Shown: piece after piece, positions 10,150 through 21,345 of the stretch
How the letters are laid out: each line of letters opens with the position of its first letter
Position numbering within the stretch: position 1 is the stretch's first letter
Assembly (NCBI GenBank): GCA_038087875.1
Contig: JAXLNO010000342.1
Location: 62,001-126,000 of the forward strand
DNA: 64,000 nt
Direction of reading: 5' to 3'
DNA from: Malacoraja senta
Taxonomy: Eukaryota
Notes under the pieces: generated by a model
The model's database searches: none
Told to the model about the DNA's origin: nothing
The model's input: the letters and a program-made list of their open reading frames with translations, nothing else
Made by a program: the position numbers and the translations under genes

Positions 10150-12904
10150 TGTAAAGGAGCTAAGTCTGACTCACTTGTAGCTTTACTTTACGTTTAATAA
10201 TAAGACAGGTTAAACACTTTCCAGCACTGACTGCACCCAGTCTATCATCATGCTGGAACCAAGGGAGGAGCACACGGGAGATAGAGTTCTTATACTTGAT
10301 AACTGAGGCGTGGTTAGTGGTACTGAGGTAGCTATATTATTGGTTGCATGCATAAACCATCTACATCCTTCCCCTTACAATCAAATACACATGGAGGCAA
10401 TTGGGATAGTGTCATTACAATAAACATGCGAGTTTAGACAAAGTCGCCGTAGCGGACAGGCGGCTTAACAATGCGACCCAAACGCATACGTACAGCACCT
10501 CCCACCCCCCCCCATCGGAAAGAAGAGAAGGCGTAGCGGAGGCAGGCAAGAATGTTAAGGAAGGGGGAGATGCAGTCGGAGCGGGAGAGACAGGAGGGGG
10601 AGGACGTGCAGGAGGTGAAACCGCCCGGCCAAAACCAGGAGGCAACGGAGAAGGAGACCGCAATAAGCGAGGGGACTGGGGCATGCATGGAGCAGCAGGG
10701 CGATCAGCAGCAGCAGGTAGGAACCGCAACGGAGGAGCATAACGAGCCGCAGGAAGAAGCTTCGGCTCGTTCACAGCCAACAGGTGTTGACGGCTCCGTC
10801 GATAGGCAGTCCCCTCGTAATCCACCAGGTATGATCTTGGAGAGTCGTCCACACCAATCACAGTCGCGAGGCGGGAATAGCCGGTGGTGGTCCGCATCCG
10901 AACGACCTGCCAGGGTAGTAGAGGCAGTAGAGGGCGGCAGGACCTGTCGTGGGACCGTCGTTGAACTTCATGTTTCTGATCGATCCGTTGTTGGACAGTG
11001 GCAGGATTGAGCACTTTCGGTAGCAGGGACTGCTGGACGATTGGCATAGGTGGTCTTGTAACCCTTGACATCAGACGCTGGGCAGGGGAACCCATAGCCG
11101 GGTCCCGTGAGACGTTACGTAGGTTTAGTAAGCCCAGGTAGAAATCGCAGTTAGACAGGCGGGACTGCTCCATCAGGCCCTTAGCACTCCGCACGGCCCG
11201 TTCGGCCAGGCCGTTACTCTGAGGGTACTCAGGGCTGCTGGTGTAGTGATGGAAGTTCCACCTCGCAGCGAAAGCTTTGAATTCGGCACTTGTGAATTGC
11301 CGTCCATTGTCGGTCTGCAAACGGACAGGGACACCGTGGGCGGCGAAATGCTCCCGCATTTTGGCGATGACCATCCCGGAGGTGACGGACGGAAGGAGGT
11401 CCACCTCGAACCAGTTGGAGTATGAGTCCACCAGGATGAGAAACTGCTTCCCCCGCCATTCGAATATGTCGGCAGCCAGCGATGTCCAGGGCATGGCCGG
11501 CGCCGGCTGCTGCAAAAGAGGCTGCCGCTGCTGGTGTGGGGTAAGGTTGTTGCAGGAGGCACAAGAGGACACACGGTTCCTGATGTATTTGGCCATGCTA
11601 GGCCAGTAGAATTGTCCCTGGGCATGAGAAACAGTGGCCTCGACCCCAGGATGACCGTTGTGGGCTGCGTTGTAGTATAGATCATACAGAGAGGCTGGGA
11701 CCACGACCTTGTGGCCTTTGACGATAACCCCATCCTGGATCACCAGCTCATCGCGGACAAGGAAGAACGGTTGGGCACCCGATGGCAAATTGGTGCGTCT
11801 GTCGGGCCACCCACGCTTGATGATGGCTGCCAGCTGCTGCAAAGCAGGGTCAGCGGCGGTGTGCTCGACCAGGCACTGCAGCTGGCAGCCATCATCAAGC
11901 ATGGGTGGCCCGACAGACGGCAACCCGTCCTCCGGGGCGTAGCCTGCCCGCAGCGCGGGTCTAGAGTTGTCTATTTTAGGACGCGGTCTGTTGAGACCAG
12001 TTAACTTGACCGATCGACCAACAGCGTCCCTTTGTCCGAACAACGGGTCAACGACTTCAGCCAACCTGCATGCATGCATTGCGTCGGTCAGAGTAAGATC
12101 CGGCCTTCTCAATAGCTCCGATCGCAATTTCTGATCCAGCATACCTGTCACTAGAATGTCCCTGGTAAGCTGGTCAGTCATGTTTTCAAATCGACACCTC
12201 TGGGCGAGATAGCGCAGATCCGCAATAATGCATTCAACAGGTTCATCAGGCTGTTGCTTTCTCGTAAAAAACTTGGCTCGCTCTAAAATGCGGTTAGAGG
12301 GCAAGTCGCAAATTTCTGCAAACTTTCGCAATAGACATACCGGATCGTTGGCAGACTCCACAGGTACTTGAGCCCGATCGTTTTCATCCCGGACCGCGGG
12401 ATCATAGGCGAAGGCTCGTGCTCTCCTCATGGCATCGGGACTAGCAAGGTTCAGTAGGAGAGAAGCTTTAACAATGTCAGGATCGTTGCGATGAACGATA
12501 TTAATGTAATGTGTGAAGTCCATTTCAAAAGTCGCCCAGCGTTCAGCTATGTCAGCATCAAAGACTAGGGGCAAGGGTTTGCGGCACGAGGATGCCATGG
12601 CAAAAGGTACAAAACTCCGATAAAGCAACACTTTCAAAGAAATAAAAAAACGATAAACAGGAGGCGCGCGTTTTAACTTGCTGACACCATGTAAAGATGT
12701 TAAGTCTGACTCACTTGTAACTTTACTTAACGTTTAATGATAACACAGGTTAAACACTTTCCAGCACTGACTGCACCCAGTCTGTCATCATGCTTGAACC
12801 AGGGAGGAGCAAGAGGGACAGAGAGTTCTTATACTTGATAACTAAGGCGTGGTTAGTAGTACTGAGGTAGCTATATTATTGGTTGCATGCATAAACCATC
12901 TACA
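10150..12904 (-). mobile_element. Gypsy LTR element 1 (Mag-like), gag fused to integrase; protease, RT and RNase H absent
   Basis: LTRs at 10150-10365 and 12690-12904 with TG...CA ends and about 17 differences in 216 nt. Short PBS TGGTGTCAGC; PPT AAGGGGAAGGA. Flanks GTCTC and GTTAC do not form a clean TSD. Confidence 0.9.
10415..12598 (-). CDS. Gag-integrase fusion ORF of Gypsy element 1
   Basis: Gag (FFTRKQQPDEPV...LAQRCRFEN...RDILVTG) joined to integrase HHCC (AHNGH...CASC) and DDE core (ADIF, TDNG, GLAE). The natural C-terminus GRIVKPPVRYGD lies in another frame (ORF 10434-10688). Confidence 0.8.
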   Translation of the reverse strand: MASSCRKPLPLVFDADIAERWATFEMDFTHYINIVHRNDPDIVKASLLLNLASPDAMRRARAFAYDPAVRDENDRAQVPVESANDPVCLLRKFAEICDLPSNRILERAKFFTRKQQPDEPVECIIADLRYLAQRCRFENMTDQLTRDILVTGMLDQKLRSELLRRPDLTLTDAMHACRLAEVVDPLFGQRDAVGRSVKLTGLNRPRPKIDNSRPALRAGYAPEDGLPSVGPPMLDDGCQLQCLVEHTAADPALQQLAAIIKRGWPDRRTNLPSGAQPFFLVRDELVIQDGVIVKGHKVVVPASLYDLYYNAAHNGHPGVEATVSHAQGQFYWPSMAKYIRNRVSSCASCNNLTPHQQRQPLLQQPAPAMPWTSLAADIFEWRGKQFLILVDSYSNWFEVDLLPSVTSGMVIAKMREHFAAHGVPVRLQTDNGRQFTSAEFKAFAARWNFHHYTSSPEYPQSNGLAERAVRSAKGLMEQSRLSNCDFYLGLLNLRNVSRDPAMGSPAQRLMSRVTRPPMPIVQQSLLPKVLNPATVQQRIDQKHEVQRRSHDRSCRPLLPLLPWQVVRMRTTTGYSRLATVIGVDDSPRSYLVDYEGTAYRRSRQHLLAVNEPKLLPAARYAPPLRFLPAAADRPAAPCMPQSPRLLRSPSPLPPGFGRAVSPPARPPPPVSPAPTASPPSLTFLPASATPSLLSDGGGWEVLYVCVWVALLSRLSATATLSKLACLL

Positions 12905-15407
12905 GTTACCAAATAGTGAAAGGCCTGGATAGAGTGGATGTTGAGAGGATGTTTCCACTAGAGGGAGCATCTCAGCAGAGGGCAAAGCCTCACAATTAAA
13001 GTACACTCCTTTAGAAAGGAGATGAGGAGGAATTTCTTTATTCAGAGGGTGGTGAATCTGTGGAATTCTGCCACTGAAGGCTGTGGAGGCTGTCAATGGA
13101 TATTTTTTTAAGGCAGAGAAAGATAGATTCTACAATAGTACGGGTGTCAGGGGTTATGGGGAGAAGGCAAGAAAATGGGGTTTGGAGGATAGGATAGATC
13201 AGCTATGATAGATGGGACGAATGGCCTAATTCTGTTCCTATCACTTATGATCTTATGAACTTATGATTGAGTAAATAGCTGTCTGTAGTATTAACAATGA
13301 CAAAACAAGTATATAGCATGCTAACGTCTTGGTAAAACTCATTCAAAATTATTTTATTAAATGCTCATAATTCAGAAATGACACTGGTGGATATACAATG
13401 ACATTCTCGGTCTGTTGCACATAAAACATTTCCACGGCTATTACACCACAGCTTTGATAATGAGTGTTGTTCCCAGTGCTCTGTAGGGTTAAGAAAACAC
13501 AGCCCCCATACGTTACCGTGTTCCATAAATATTCACAGGACATGGTACTGGGATGTTGTCTATGTGGAGTTTGCATGTTCCCCCTGTGAGCACGTGGGAT
13601 TTCTCCCGGTGCTTCGGTTTCCTCGCACATCTCAATGATGTGCAGGTTTGTAGCTGAGTTGGCCTTTGTAAAATTGCCCTAGTGTATCGAAAGAGGATGT
13701 GAAAGAGGGATAACATAGAACTGGTGTGCAAGATGGATGGTATCAACTCGATGAGCTGAAGGCTCTGCATCCATGCTCTATAACTCAACTAAACTAAGCA
13801 ATATTATGTAAGCTGTGGTGTAGAGCGTGGTTCGTATTGAAAACAAAGATCCTTGTTGACTGGCCCATCAAATACTTGAAGCACTGAGTGAAGCATTAAA
13901 TGCAAAGGCAATTACTTCTCCACTACACCATCAGGTATGTGAACACGGAATGCAGGTTACAGTATGTGACAAAGAGAAGTGGCAAAATAACTAGGAAGAA
14001 ACTGCAGATGCAGGTTTAAACCGAAGATAGGCTCAAAAAGCTGGAGTAACTCAGCGGGTCAAACAGCATTTCTGGAGTCTGAACAAGGGTCTCATCCCGA
14101 AATGTCACCTATGTCTTGTATCCAGAGATGCTGTCTGATCCGGTGAGTTTCTCCAGCTTTTTGTGTCTATCTCTGGCAAGATAAGTATATGATGTTTGAG
14201 AGTTAGATTGACAATCTGATCTGCAGGAAATAGAGGGATATGGATCATGTTGCAGTTGGATGGGATCAGTTTAGCATCTCATCATGTTCACCACAGTCAT
14301 TGTGGGCCAAAGGACCTCTTCCTGAGATGAACATTTTTATGTTTTATATAAAATAAGATTAGTAATCAGCTGTAAGCCCCCTTGAAAAGACTGCATCATT
14401 CAATAACATTATGTCCAATCTGATTTCGATCAGTTTACTGCATTATTCCTGCAATCTTTGATTCATTTCTGATCTAAAACTCTCTATATCTCAACCTGGA
14501 AAATATTCATTCACCTTGTCTTCACAGCTGGAATAGAAAGTTCAGGCAAATCATACACCTCCTGGAAAATAAATCTTCTTCGTAACTATTTTAAAGAGGG
14601 ACCCAACATGGAGGGGCTGCCAGAACAAAGAGGGACCATTGGGAACTGTAATGATTACTTTGTAACTGCGTCGACACCCTATATATGGTGACTCTTTGTA
14701 TGTCATGGAAAACAAAGAATTTCACTGTGACATGACACATATGGAAATAAAGTATCAATCAATCAAATAGGCGACCTTTTATTCCAAAATGTGGCGCAAT
14801 GTATGACTTTGGAATCACAGGGTAACTGCAGTGAAGACAGCACTTGAAAAATTAATGGCTGAATGTAAAGTCATCAGTCAGCATTGATACAATAAAGAGC
14901 ATAGAACATAGAACAGTACAGCACAATAACAGGCCCTTTGACCCACAATGTTTGTGCCGAACATGATGCCAAGACCAATTGTTATCTGCTTGCACATAAT
15001 CCATATCCATCCATACCCTGCATATACATGTGCCTATCTAAAAGTCTCTTAAATGCCACTATCATATCTGTTTCCACCACCACCCCCGGCAGCACATTCC
15101 AGTCACTCGCCACCCTTGGCGTAAAACACTTGTCCTGCACATCTTTTTTAAACTTTGCCACTCATTGTAAAGCTGTACCTGCTCTTATTTGATATTTCCT
15201 TCCTGGGTAAAAAGTCGGATGGTCTACCCTATCTCTACTCCTCCCAGTTTGATATATTACTGTCAGGTCTCCCCTCAATCCCCGACATTCCAGAGAAAAC
15301 AATCCAACTGTCCAGTCTGTCCAACTTTTCCCTGTGGCTAATACCCCACTAATCCAAGCATCATTCCGGTAGACCTCCTCTGCATCCCAAAGGAAGCTGA
15401 TTGTACT

Positions 15408-15580
15408 TCATGGTCCTCTCCTGGTATCTGCTGTTGTCAGCTGGCACTGTTCATTGAAAGGTTTTATCTTTTTCCTCTTCTTCCAGCAACCAATTCCAAG
15501 GATGATCCCCAGGAGAATGAGAGGAACGATTACAGCTCCAGTCACGATCCTAATCTTTATATCTTCTTTCACTGCCCTCT
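15408..15580 (-). CDS. Transmembrane + cytoplasmic terminal exon of MHC-I-like module B
   Basis: CAACAG acceptor, phase 1; (E)RAVKEDIKIRIVTGAVIVPLILLGIILGIGCWKKRKKIK...GP*; in frame with the C1 exon at 23261-23533. Confidence 0.7.
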
Positions 15581-16384
15581 CTGTTGGCATATATAGTGCA
15601 TTTTAAACATTTATTGATCAATAACAACTTTGTAATGATTTTATTATCTAAATTAAACTAGCACTGTTCATATCTAATTGAAAAGTAATAAAGTTTTAGA
15701 TTTATGTATTTATACAGAGGATGGATGTGCTTAAAATGATCAATCAAAAATCATTAAGCTCATATTAGTATTATGGTATTGAGATTTTATCTGCAGCATT
15801 TAATTAAGAATTTAAAGAATCAAGTACGTCAGAAATAGATGACTATTTGCAGTGTAGAGGTCAACAAGGCCATTTTCTTATGTTGATGATTGTTATTATA
15901 GCAAATAAGTGAACCCATTTATAGTTGATAAAACTTCAAAGGTTTTAAACTTTGCTGATATTTCAATGATAACTGAGAATTTAATTTTCTCTCTCTCGCT
16001 CTCGCTCTCTTGCAACAGGTGTAGCTACTTCAGACTGAGAATGGGGTCGGATATGGCACCACTATTGGTCTTTTGTGTAACTAACTACTATCAGAAAATT
16101 AACTAGATGCCTGTAAAGAATTGATAACCAGGCATCGTTACTTTACTATCTTTATTCATACTGGATCATTATACATTGCACTAGCTGTACGTGGTCTGTC
16201 ACAGGAACTAGAGAGCGATCTGTGGGTGGGGAGGTTGTTGTTATACTTGTGATATGGGGAGTGGTTAGTAGGTGTGAGGTCACTATGTTAAAGGCACATG
16301 CACATCTCATCTACATCCTTCCTCTCCGAAACGACAGGCAAATACAATGGTGACATGGCGACCACGGCTCATGCGCTAGGATAG

Positions 16385-18196
16385 CTAGGCAACATCGCCA
16401 TAGCGGTCAGGCGCTTTGACAAGACGTCCCGCCCGGGTCCGCGTCTCGCCATCCACCCTTCCTGCAGGAGGAAGAGGCACCGGCGGGGAAGGACGAACCT
16501 GAAAGGGAGAAACGGGAGGAAACGGAAGAGACCGCGGCACCGAACCCGGAGGGGATGCGGGGCCGGGACCGGGAAGAGCGCGGGCGGGCGAGCGAGGACT
16601 AGTCGGAGTGTGATGGAGCGGAAGGGGCGAAGGAGGAGCAGAGCGAGGCATGTCAGGAATCACGGGCAGGGCAATGGCCGGACGCGAAACAGGCAGCGGG
16701 GGAGCAAAGGGATCGGCGGCAGGAGGACGCGGCTCGTTGACGAGCCGAAGGTGCTGGCGGGACCGTCGGTAAATGGCCCCAGCGTAGTCGACGAAATAGG
16801 ACCTGGGCGACCCCGCAGAGCCGACGACAGTAGCGAGCTTGGAGTGACCGGGAGTGGTCTGCATACGGACTACTTGACCGGGGAAGAGGGGCGGCAGCGG
16901 GTGGCAGGACCTGTCATGGGAATGCTTTTGGACGTCGTGCCTGAAGGCAATTCGTTTCTGAACCGCCGCAGGTGGGAGGACCGAGGGTATGAGGGAGCGC
17001 TGGGCCACAGGGAGCGGGAGCCTGGTAGCGCGAGACAGGAGCCGCTGAGCAGGTGAACCCATGGCAGAGTCGCGGGAAATGTTCCGAAGGCTGAGGAGGG
17101 CCAGGTGGAAGTCGGAGTTAATGCCACCACACTGTTCCAACAAGTGCTTAGCACTGCGGACCGCGCGCTCGGCCAAACCGTTGCTTTGCGGGTACTCCGG
17201 GCTGCTGGTGAAATGGCGAAAGTTCCATCTGGAAGCGAACGCTTTAAACTCGGAGCTCGTGAACTGGCTGCCATTGTCCGACTGCAAGCTTGCCGGGGGT
17301 CCAAAAGTGCTAAAGTGAGGGTACAACCTGTCGATGACGGCCGAAGAGGTCACGGAAGGCAGCCGGTCAACCACAAACCAGCTGGAGTAGGAGTCAACGA
17401 GTACCAGGAAATGTTTGCCCCGCCACTCGAAAATGTCTGTGGCGAGCGCCATCCAGGGCAGTCCGGGCGCGGGCTGCTGTAGAAGCGGCTGACGCTGCTG
17501 ATGGGGGGCGCGGCTGTTGCAGGTGGAACACGAGGAGACCCTCTCCCGGATGTACTTGGCCATATCCGGCCAATAGAACTGGCTCTTGGCGAGAGACACA
17601 GTGGCTTCGGCCCCAGTGTGACCGCGGTGTGCGACTTGAAAATATTGGTCGTGCAGCGCCGCGGGCACGACCACTTTGTGACCCTTCACCACCACGCCGT
17701 TGTGCAGTACGAGCTCGTCCCGAATCAGGAAGTAGGGCACGGCTCCAGCCGGCAGTGCCGAGCGACGGTCAGGCCAGCCCTGCCGGATGACGGCAGACAG
17801 CTGTTGCAGGGCAGGGTCGTTGGTAGTGTGTTCAACCAGGGACTTCATCTGTGGCGAGGGGACGAAGTTCAATCGTAGTACTAGTAACTCAGACATTTCG
17901 TATTGGTGGTGAGCAGTGGACGTCAGCGGGGCGCGAGACAACGTGTCGGCTACGAACATGTCCTTGCCCTTACGATAAACCACCGTGAACGTGAAACGCT
18001 GGAGCTGCAGCAGCATGCGCTGCAGACGTGATGAGGCCACATGGATCGGTTTGTTGAGCATGGTAACAAGTGGTTGATGGTCAGTTTCAACGGTGAAAGT
18101 GTTGCCCACGATGTAGTCCCGGAATTTGGAGCAGGCAAACACCACGGCCAGTAGCTCCTTCTCAATCTGCGCGTAGTGCTGTTCGGTGGCGGTCAT
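16385..18196 (-). CDS. RNase H (partial) + complete integrase ORF of Gypsy element 2
   Basis: YAQIEKELLAV, VETDHQPL, AHRGH...CSTC, TDIF/SDNG/GLAE, C-terminal TRAGRLVKAPDRY. The frame is open upstream to the tRNA junction (AWLWLPNHQKAF...CDASQFGLGA). Confidence 0.9.
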   Translation of the reverse strand: MTATEQHYAQIEKELLAVVFACSKFRDYIVGNTFTVETDHQPLVTMLNKPIHVASSRLQRMLLQLQRFTFTVVYRKGKDMFVADTLSRAPLTSTAHHQYEMSELLVLRLNFVPSPQMKSLVEHTTNDPALQQLSAVIRQGWPDRRSALPAGAVPYFLIRDELVLHNGVVVKGHKVVVPAALHDQYFQVAHRGHTGAEATVSLAKSQFYWPDMAKYIRERVSSCSTCNSRAPHQQRQPLLQQPAPGLPWMALATDIFEWRGKHFLVLVDSYSSWFVVDRLPSVTSSAVIDRLYPHFSTFGPPASLQSDNGSQFTSSEFKAFASRWNFRHFTSSPEYPQSNGLAERAVRSAKHLLEQCGGINSDFHLALLSLRNISRDSAMGSPAQRLLSRATRLPLPVAQRSLIPSVLPPAAVQKRIAFRHDVQKHSHDRSCHPLPPLFPGQVVRMQTTPGHSKLATVVGSAGSPRSYFVDYAGAIYRRSRQHLRLVNEPRPPAADPFAPPLPVSRPAIALPVIPDMPRSAPPSPLPLHHTPTSPRSPARALPGPGPASPPGSVPRSLPFPPVSPFQVRPSPPVPLPPAGRVDGETRTRAGRLVKAPDRYGDVA

Positions 18197-18390
18197 GGTG
18201 CGGGACGCGAAGGAGACAGGCAGCTGCAGGCCGTCATGGACCTGGAGGCAGGCGGCACCGAGTCCGAATTGAGAGGCGTCGCAGGTGAGGACAATGGGAC
18301 GCTGCAGGTCAAAGAACTTGAGCGTGGGTGTGCTGATCAGTTTAGACTTAAGAATGTCAAATGCCTTCTGATGATTGGGTAACCAAAGCC

Positions 18391-18422
18391 AGGCGTGGGT
18401 TCGAATCCCACTTCTGACACCA
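18391..18422 (+). other. 32-nt copy of the 3' end of mature tRNA-Leu(CAA) including CCA (extended PBS)
   Basis: AGGCGTGGGTTCGAATCCCACTTCTGACACCA abuts the LTR TG. From memory it matches the vertebrate tRNA-Leu-CAA 3' end (T-loop GTTCGAATC). Confidence 0.85.
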
Positions 18423-20734
18423 TGTAAAGAATTGATAACCAGGCATCGTTACTTTACTATCTTTATTCATACTGGATCATTATACATTGCACTAGCTGTA
18501 CGTGGTCTGTCACAGGAACTAGAGAACGATCTGTGGGTGGGGAGGTTGTAGTTATACTTGTGATATGGGGAGTGGTTAGTAGGTATGAGGTCACTATGTT
18601 AAAGGCACATGCACATCTCATCTACAATGCCCAAGGAAGAAGATAAGAGACCTTGTCCAGGATCAGCCTATCTTGCTTCCATTGTTCCTACATTTGGATG
18701 AGTGAGTTAAGGGTGACATAAGAATAATTTTGACCATAAGATATTGGAGCAGAATTATGCCTTTCAAGTCCATTGAGTCTACTCCACCATTCAGTCATGG
18801 CAGATCGATTTTTACTGCTAACTCCCATTCTCCTTCCTTCTCCCTGTAACCTTTGTGACCCGTACTAATCAAGAACCTATCAATCTCTGCTTGAAAAATA
18901 TGCAATGACGACGCACACAGCTGTTTGTATCAATGAATTCCACAGATTCACCACCCTGTGACTAAAGAAATTCCTCATCTCCATATTGAAGGTAGGTATT
19001 TTTATTGTGAGGCTGTGCTAGACTCTCCCATTACTGAAAACTTCCATTCCACATCAACTAACCAGGCATTTCATTATCTGGTAGGCAGGGCCGGATTTAC
19101 ATATAAGCTGGACAAGCTTCAGCTTAGGGCCTGGAGATCTAGGAGGGCCTCGCAGAGCCGAATTTACCACTAGGCTTCATAGGCTGAAGCCTGGGGCCCT
19201 GAAATGTAGGGGGCCTCCGGCCAAGGCAGGACACCTGCCGTTCAACTCTGGGCGGGGCGGCCCCCCTCTCTATCTCTATTTCTATCTCTCTCTCTCTCTG
19301 TCTGTCACTCTCCGTCTCCGGGTCTCCGTTCTCCGCTCGCTCCTCATCCGCCGGCACAGCCGGCCGCCTTGCACATGCGCACTGCTACGGCCAGCACGTC
19401 CTCCCCTGCACATGCGCACAACCACGGCCCGCACATCATCGGCCGCCCTGCGCATGCGCACTGCCACGGCAACTGGTCGGCGCTGGGCACTTTCTCCCTC
19501 GCTTTGAATCGGGAGATTTGGCCGCCATTGCTGCCTCGCCGCAACCGCTGAAAACTAACGCAGAATCACTCCCTGACCCTGGATCAGGAGTAACTCCCTG
19601 GAGTAACTCTCGCTTCTGTTTTCCTGATCCTCCATAAATATTCTAAAAGGAATTTAAACTGGAGGTGGTACAGGGCTGAACAATAACAGCCTATTGCATT
19701 TTATCTGTTTATTTATTGTGTATATATATGGTCTATGGTATATAAACAGACTGAACTTTTATCTCCTGTTCTGTATTATGTTCACATATTCTGTTGTGCT
19801 GCAGCAAGCAAGAATTTCATTGTCCTATCTGGGACACATGACAATAAAACTCTCTTGATTCTTGACTTGGACTTAAGCAAAAAAGGGTTCTTGGGGGAGA
19901 AAGAGGTACCTTAAATTTACTTGCGTCTGGTTGGGTAATTATGGTAGGGTGAAGAATATTCCATGCTTTAATTGTGCGGGGGAACTCCATGGAGCAGCCA
20001 GCAACTCAGGATAGAAGAAATTGGGTGACGTTTCGGGTAGATACCCTTCTTTAGACTCCCTCTGGTTTTAGTGTCTTTAGTTTAATTTAAAGATACAGCG
20101 TGGAAACAGGCCCTTCAGGCCACCGAGTCCACGCCGACCATTGATCACCCGTACACTAGTTCTTTCCCACACATTAGCGAAGTAAGTCAAGAGTCAAGAG
20201 TGTTTTATTCTCTCACGTCCCAGTTAGAACAATGAAATCCTTACTTGCAGCGGCACAACAGAATATGTAACCGTAGTACTCTGTAAACAATGTTATAAAC
20301 GAGAAAACAAAACGGTGTATATTTATATATGAATATATAACTATATAAATATATATGTGTGTGTGTGTATAATATATATACCCACACACACACACACACA
20401 CAATTTCCCTCCTGGGATTAATAAAGTTCTATTGTATAGTATCGTGTGTGTAGGAAGGAACTGCAGATGCTGGTTTAAACTGAAGATAGACACAAAAAGC
20501 AGGACAATATTAGGAAAATATTACGTTTTGGGTTGAGTCTGAAATAGGTTCCTGCACACCTTTGGAATGTGGAAGGAAACAAGAGCACCCGAAGAAAACC
20601 CATGCGATCAAAGGGAAAAGGAGCAAACTCCATACTGACAACACCCATATTCAGGATCAATTCCGGGTCTCTGGAACTTTTAGGCAGCAACTTTATGGCC
20701 AATGTACAGCCTCATAGTCTTGAACTTAATTAAA

Positions 20735-21345
20735 ACGACAAGTGTAGCATTTCCTGCGGTTGCAAGGGAAAGTGCCAGGAGAGGGGGTGGTTTGGGTGGG
20801 AAGGGACGAATTGACCAGGGAGTTACGGAGGGAGCGGTCTCTACGGAAAGCCAACAGGGGAGGAGATGGGAAGATGTGGCCGGTGGTGGGATCCCATTGG
20901 TAGACAAAAAAGCTGGAGAAAATCAGCGGGTGAGGCAGCATCTGTGGAGCGAAGGAATAGACGACGTTTCGGGTCGAGACCCTTCTTCAGATTGATATCG
21001 GGGGGTGGGGGGGATGACATGAAAAAGAAAGGAAGAGGCGGAGACAGTAGGCTGTGGGAGAGCTGGGAATGGGAGGGGAAGGAGGGAGAATGCAAGGACT
21101 ACCTGAAATTAGAGAAGCCAATGTGCTTAACGCTGGGGTGTAAACTACCCAAGCAAATATGAGGTGCTACCCCTCCAATATGCGGTGGGCCTCACTCTGG
21201 CCATGGAGGAGGCCCAGGACAGAAAGGTCGGATTTGGAATGGGAGGGGGAGTTGAAGTGTTGAGCCACCGGGAGAACAGGTTGGTTATTGCGAACTGAGG
21301 TGTTGTGCGAAGTGATCACCAAGCCTGCGCTTGGTCTCACCGAGG
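20735..21345 (-). mobile_element. Rearranged Penelope fragment (endonuclease end, 3' tail with hammerhead, then RT-EN linker)
   Basis: HIFPSPPLLAFRRDRSLRNSLV...GTFPCNRRKCYTC plus GIY-YIG C-terminal DNA. Confidence 0.85.
20963..20990 (-). ncRNA. Minimal type-I hammerhead ribozyme core
   Basis: CTGAAGA-A-GGGT(CTCG)ACCC-GAAAC-GTC on the minus strand. Activity not demonstrated; helix I pairing is poor here. Confidence 0.6.

Larger units (their letters stand above)
16112..18626 (-). mobile_element. Gypsy LTR element 2, young; gag, protease and RT core deleted
   Basis: 204-bp LTRs at 16112-16315 and 18423-18626 with 3 mismatches; TG...CA ends; 5-bp TSD ATGCC (16107-16111, 18627-18631); PPT GGAGAGGAAGGA. 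Confidence 0.97.

Noticed and set aside
16610-17878. Several plus-strand ORFs
   Set aside because: Antisense to the GC-rich Gypsy integrase; no independent motifs.
18391-18422. tRNA gene
   Set aside because: Only the 3' 32 nt plus CCA are present, with no D-arm or anticodon arm; it is a primer-derived copy.
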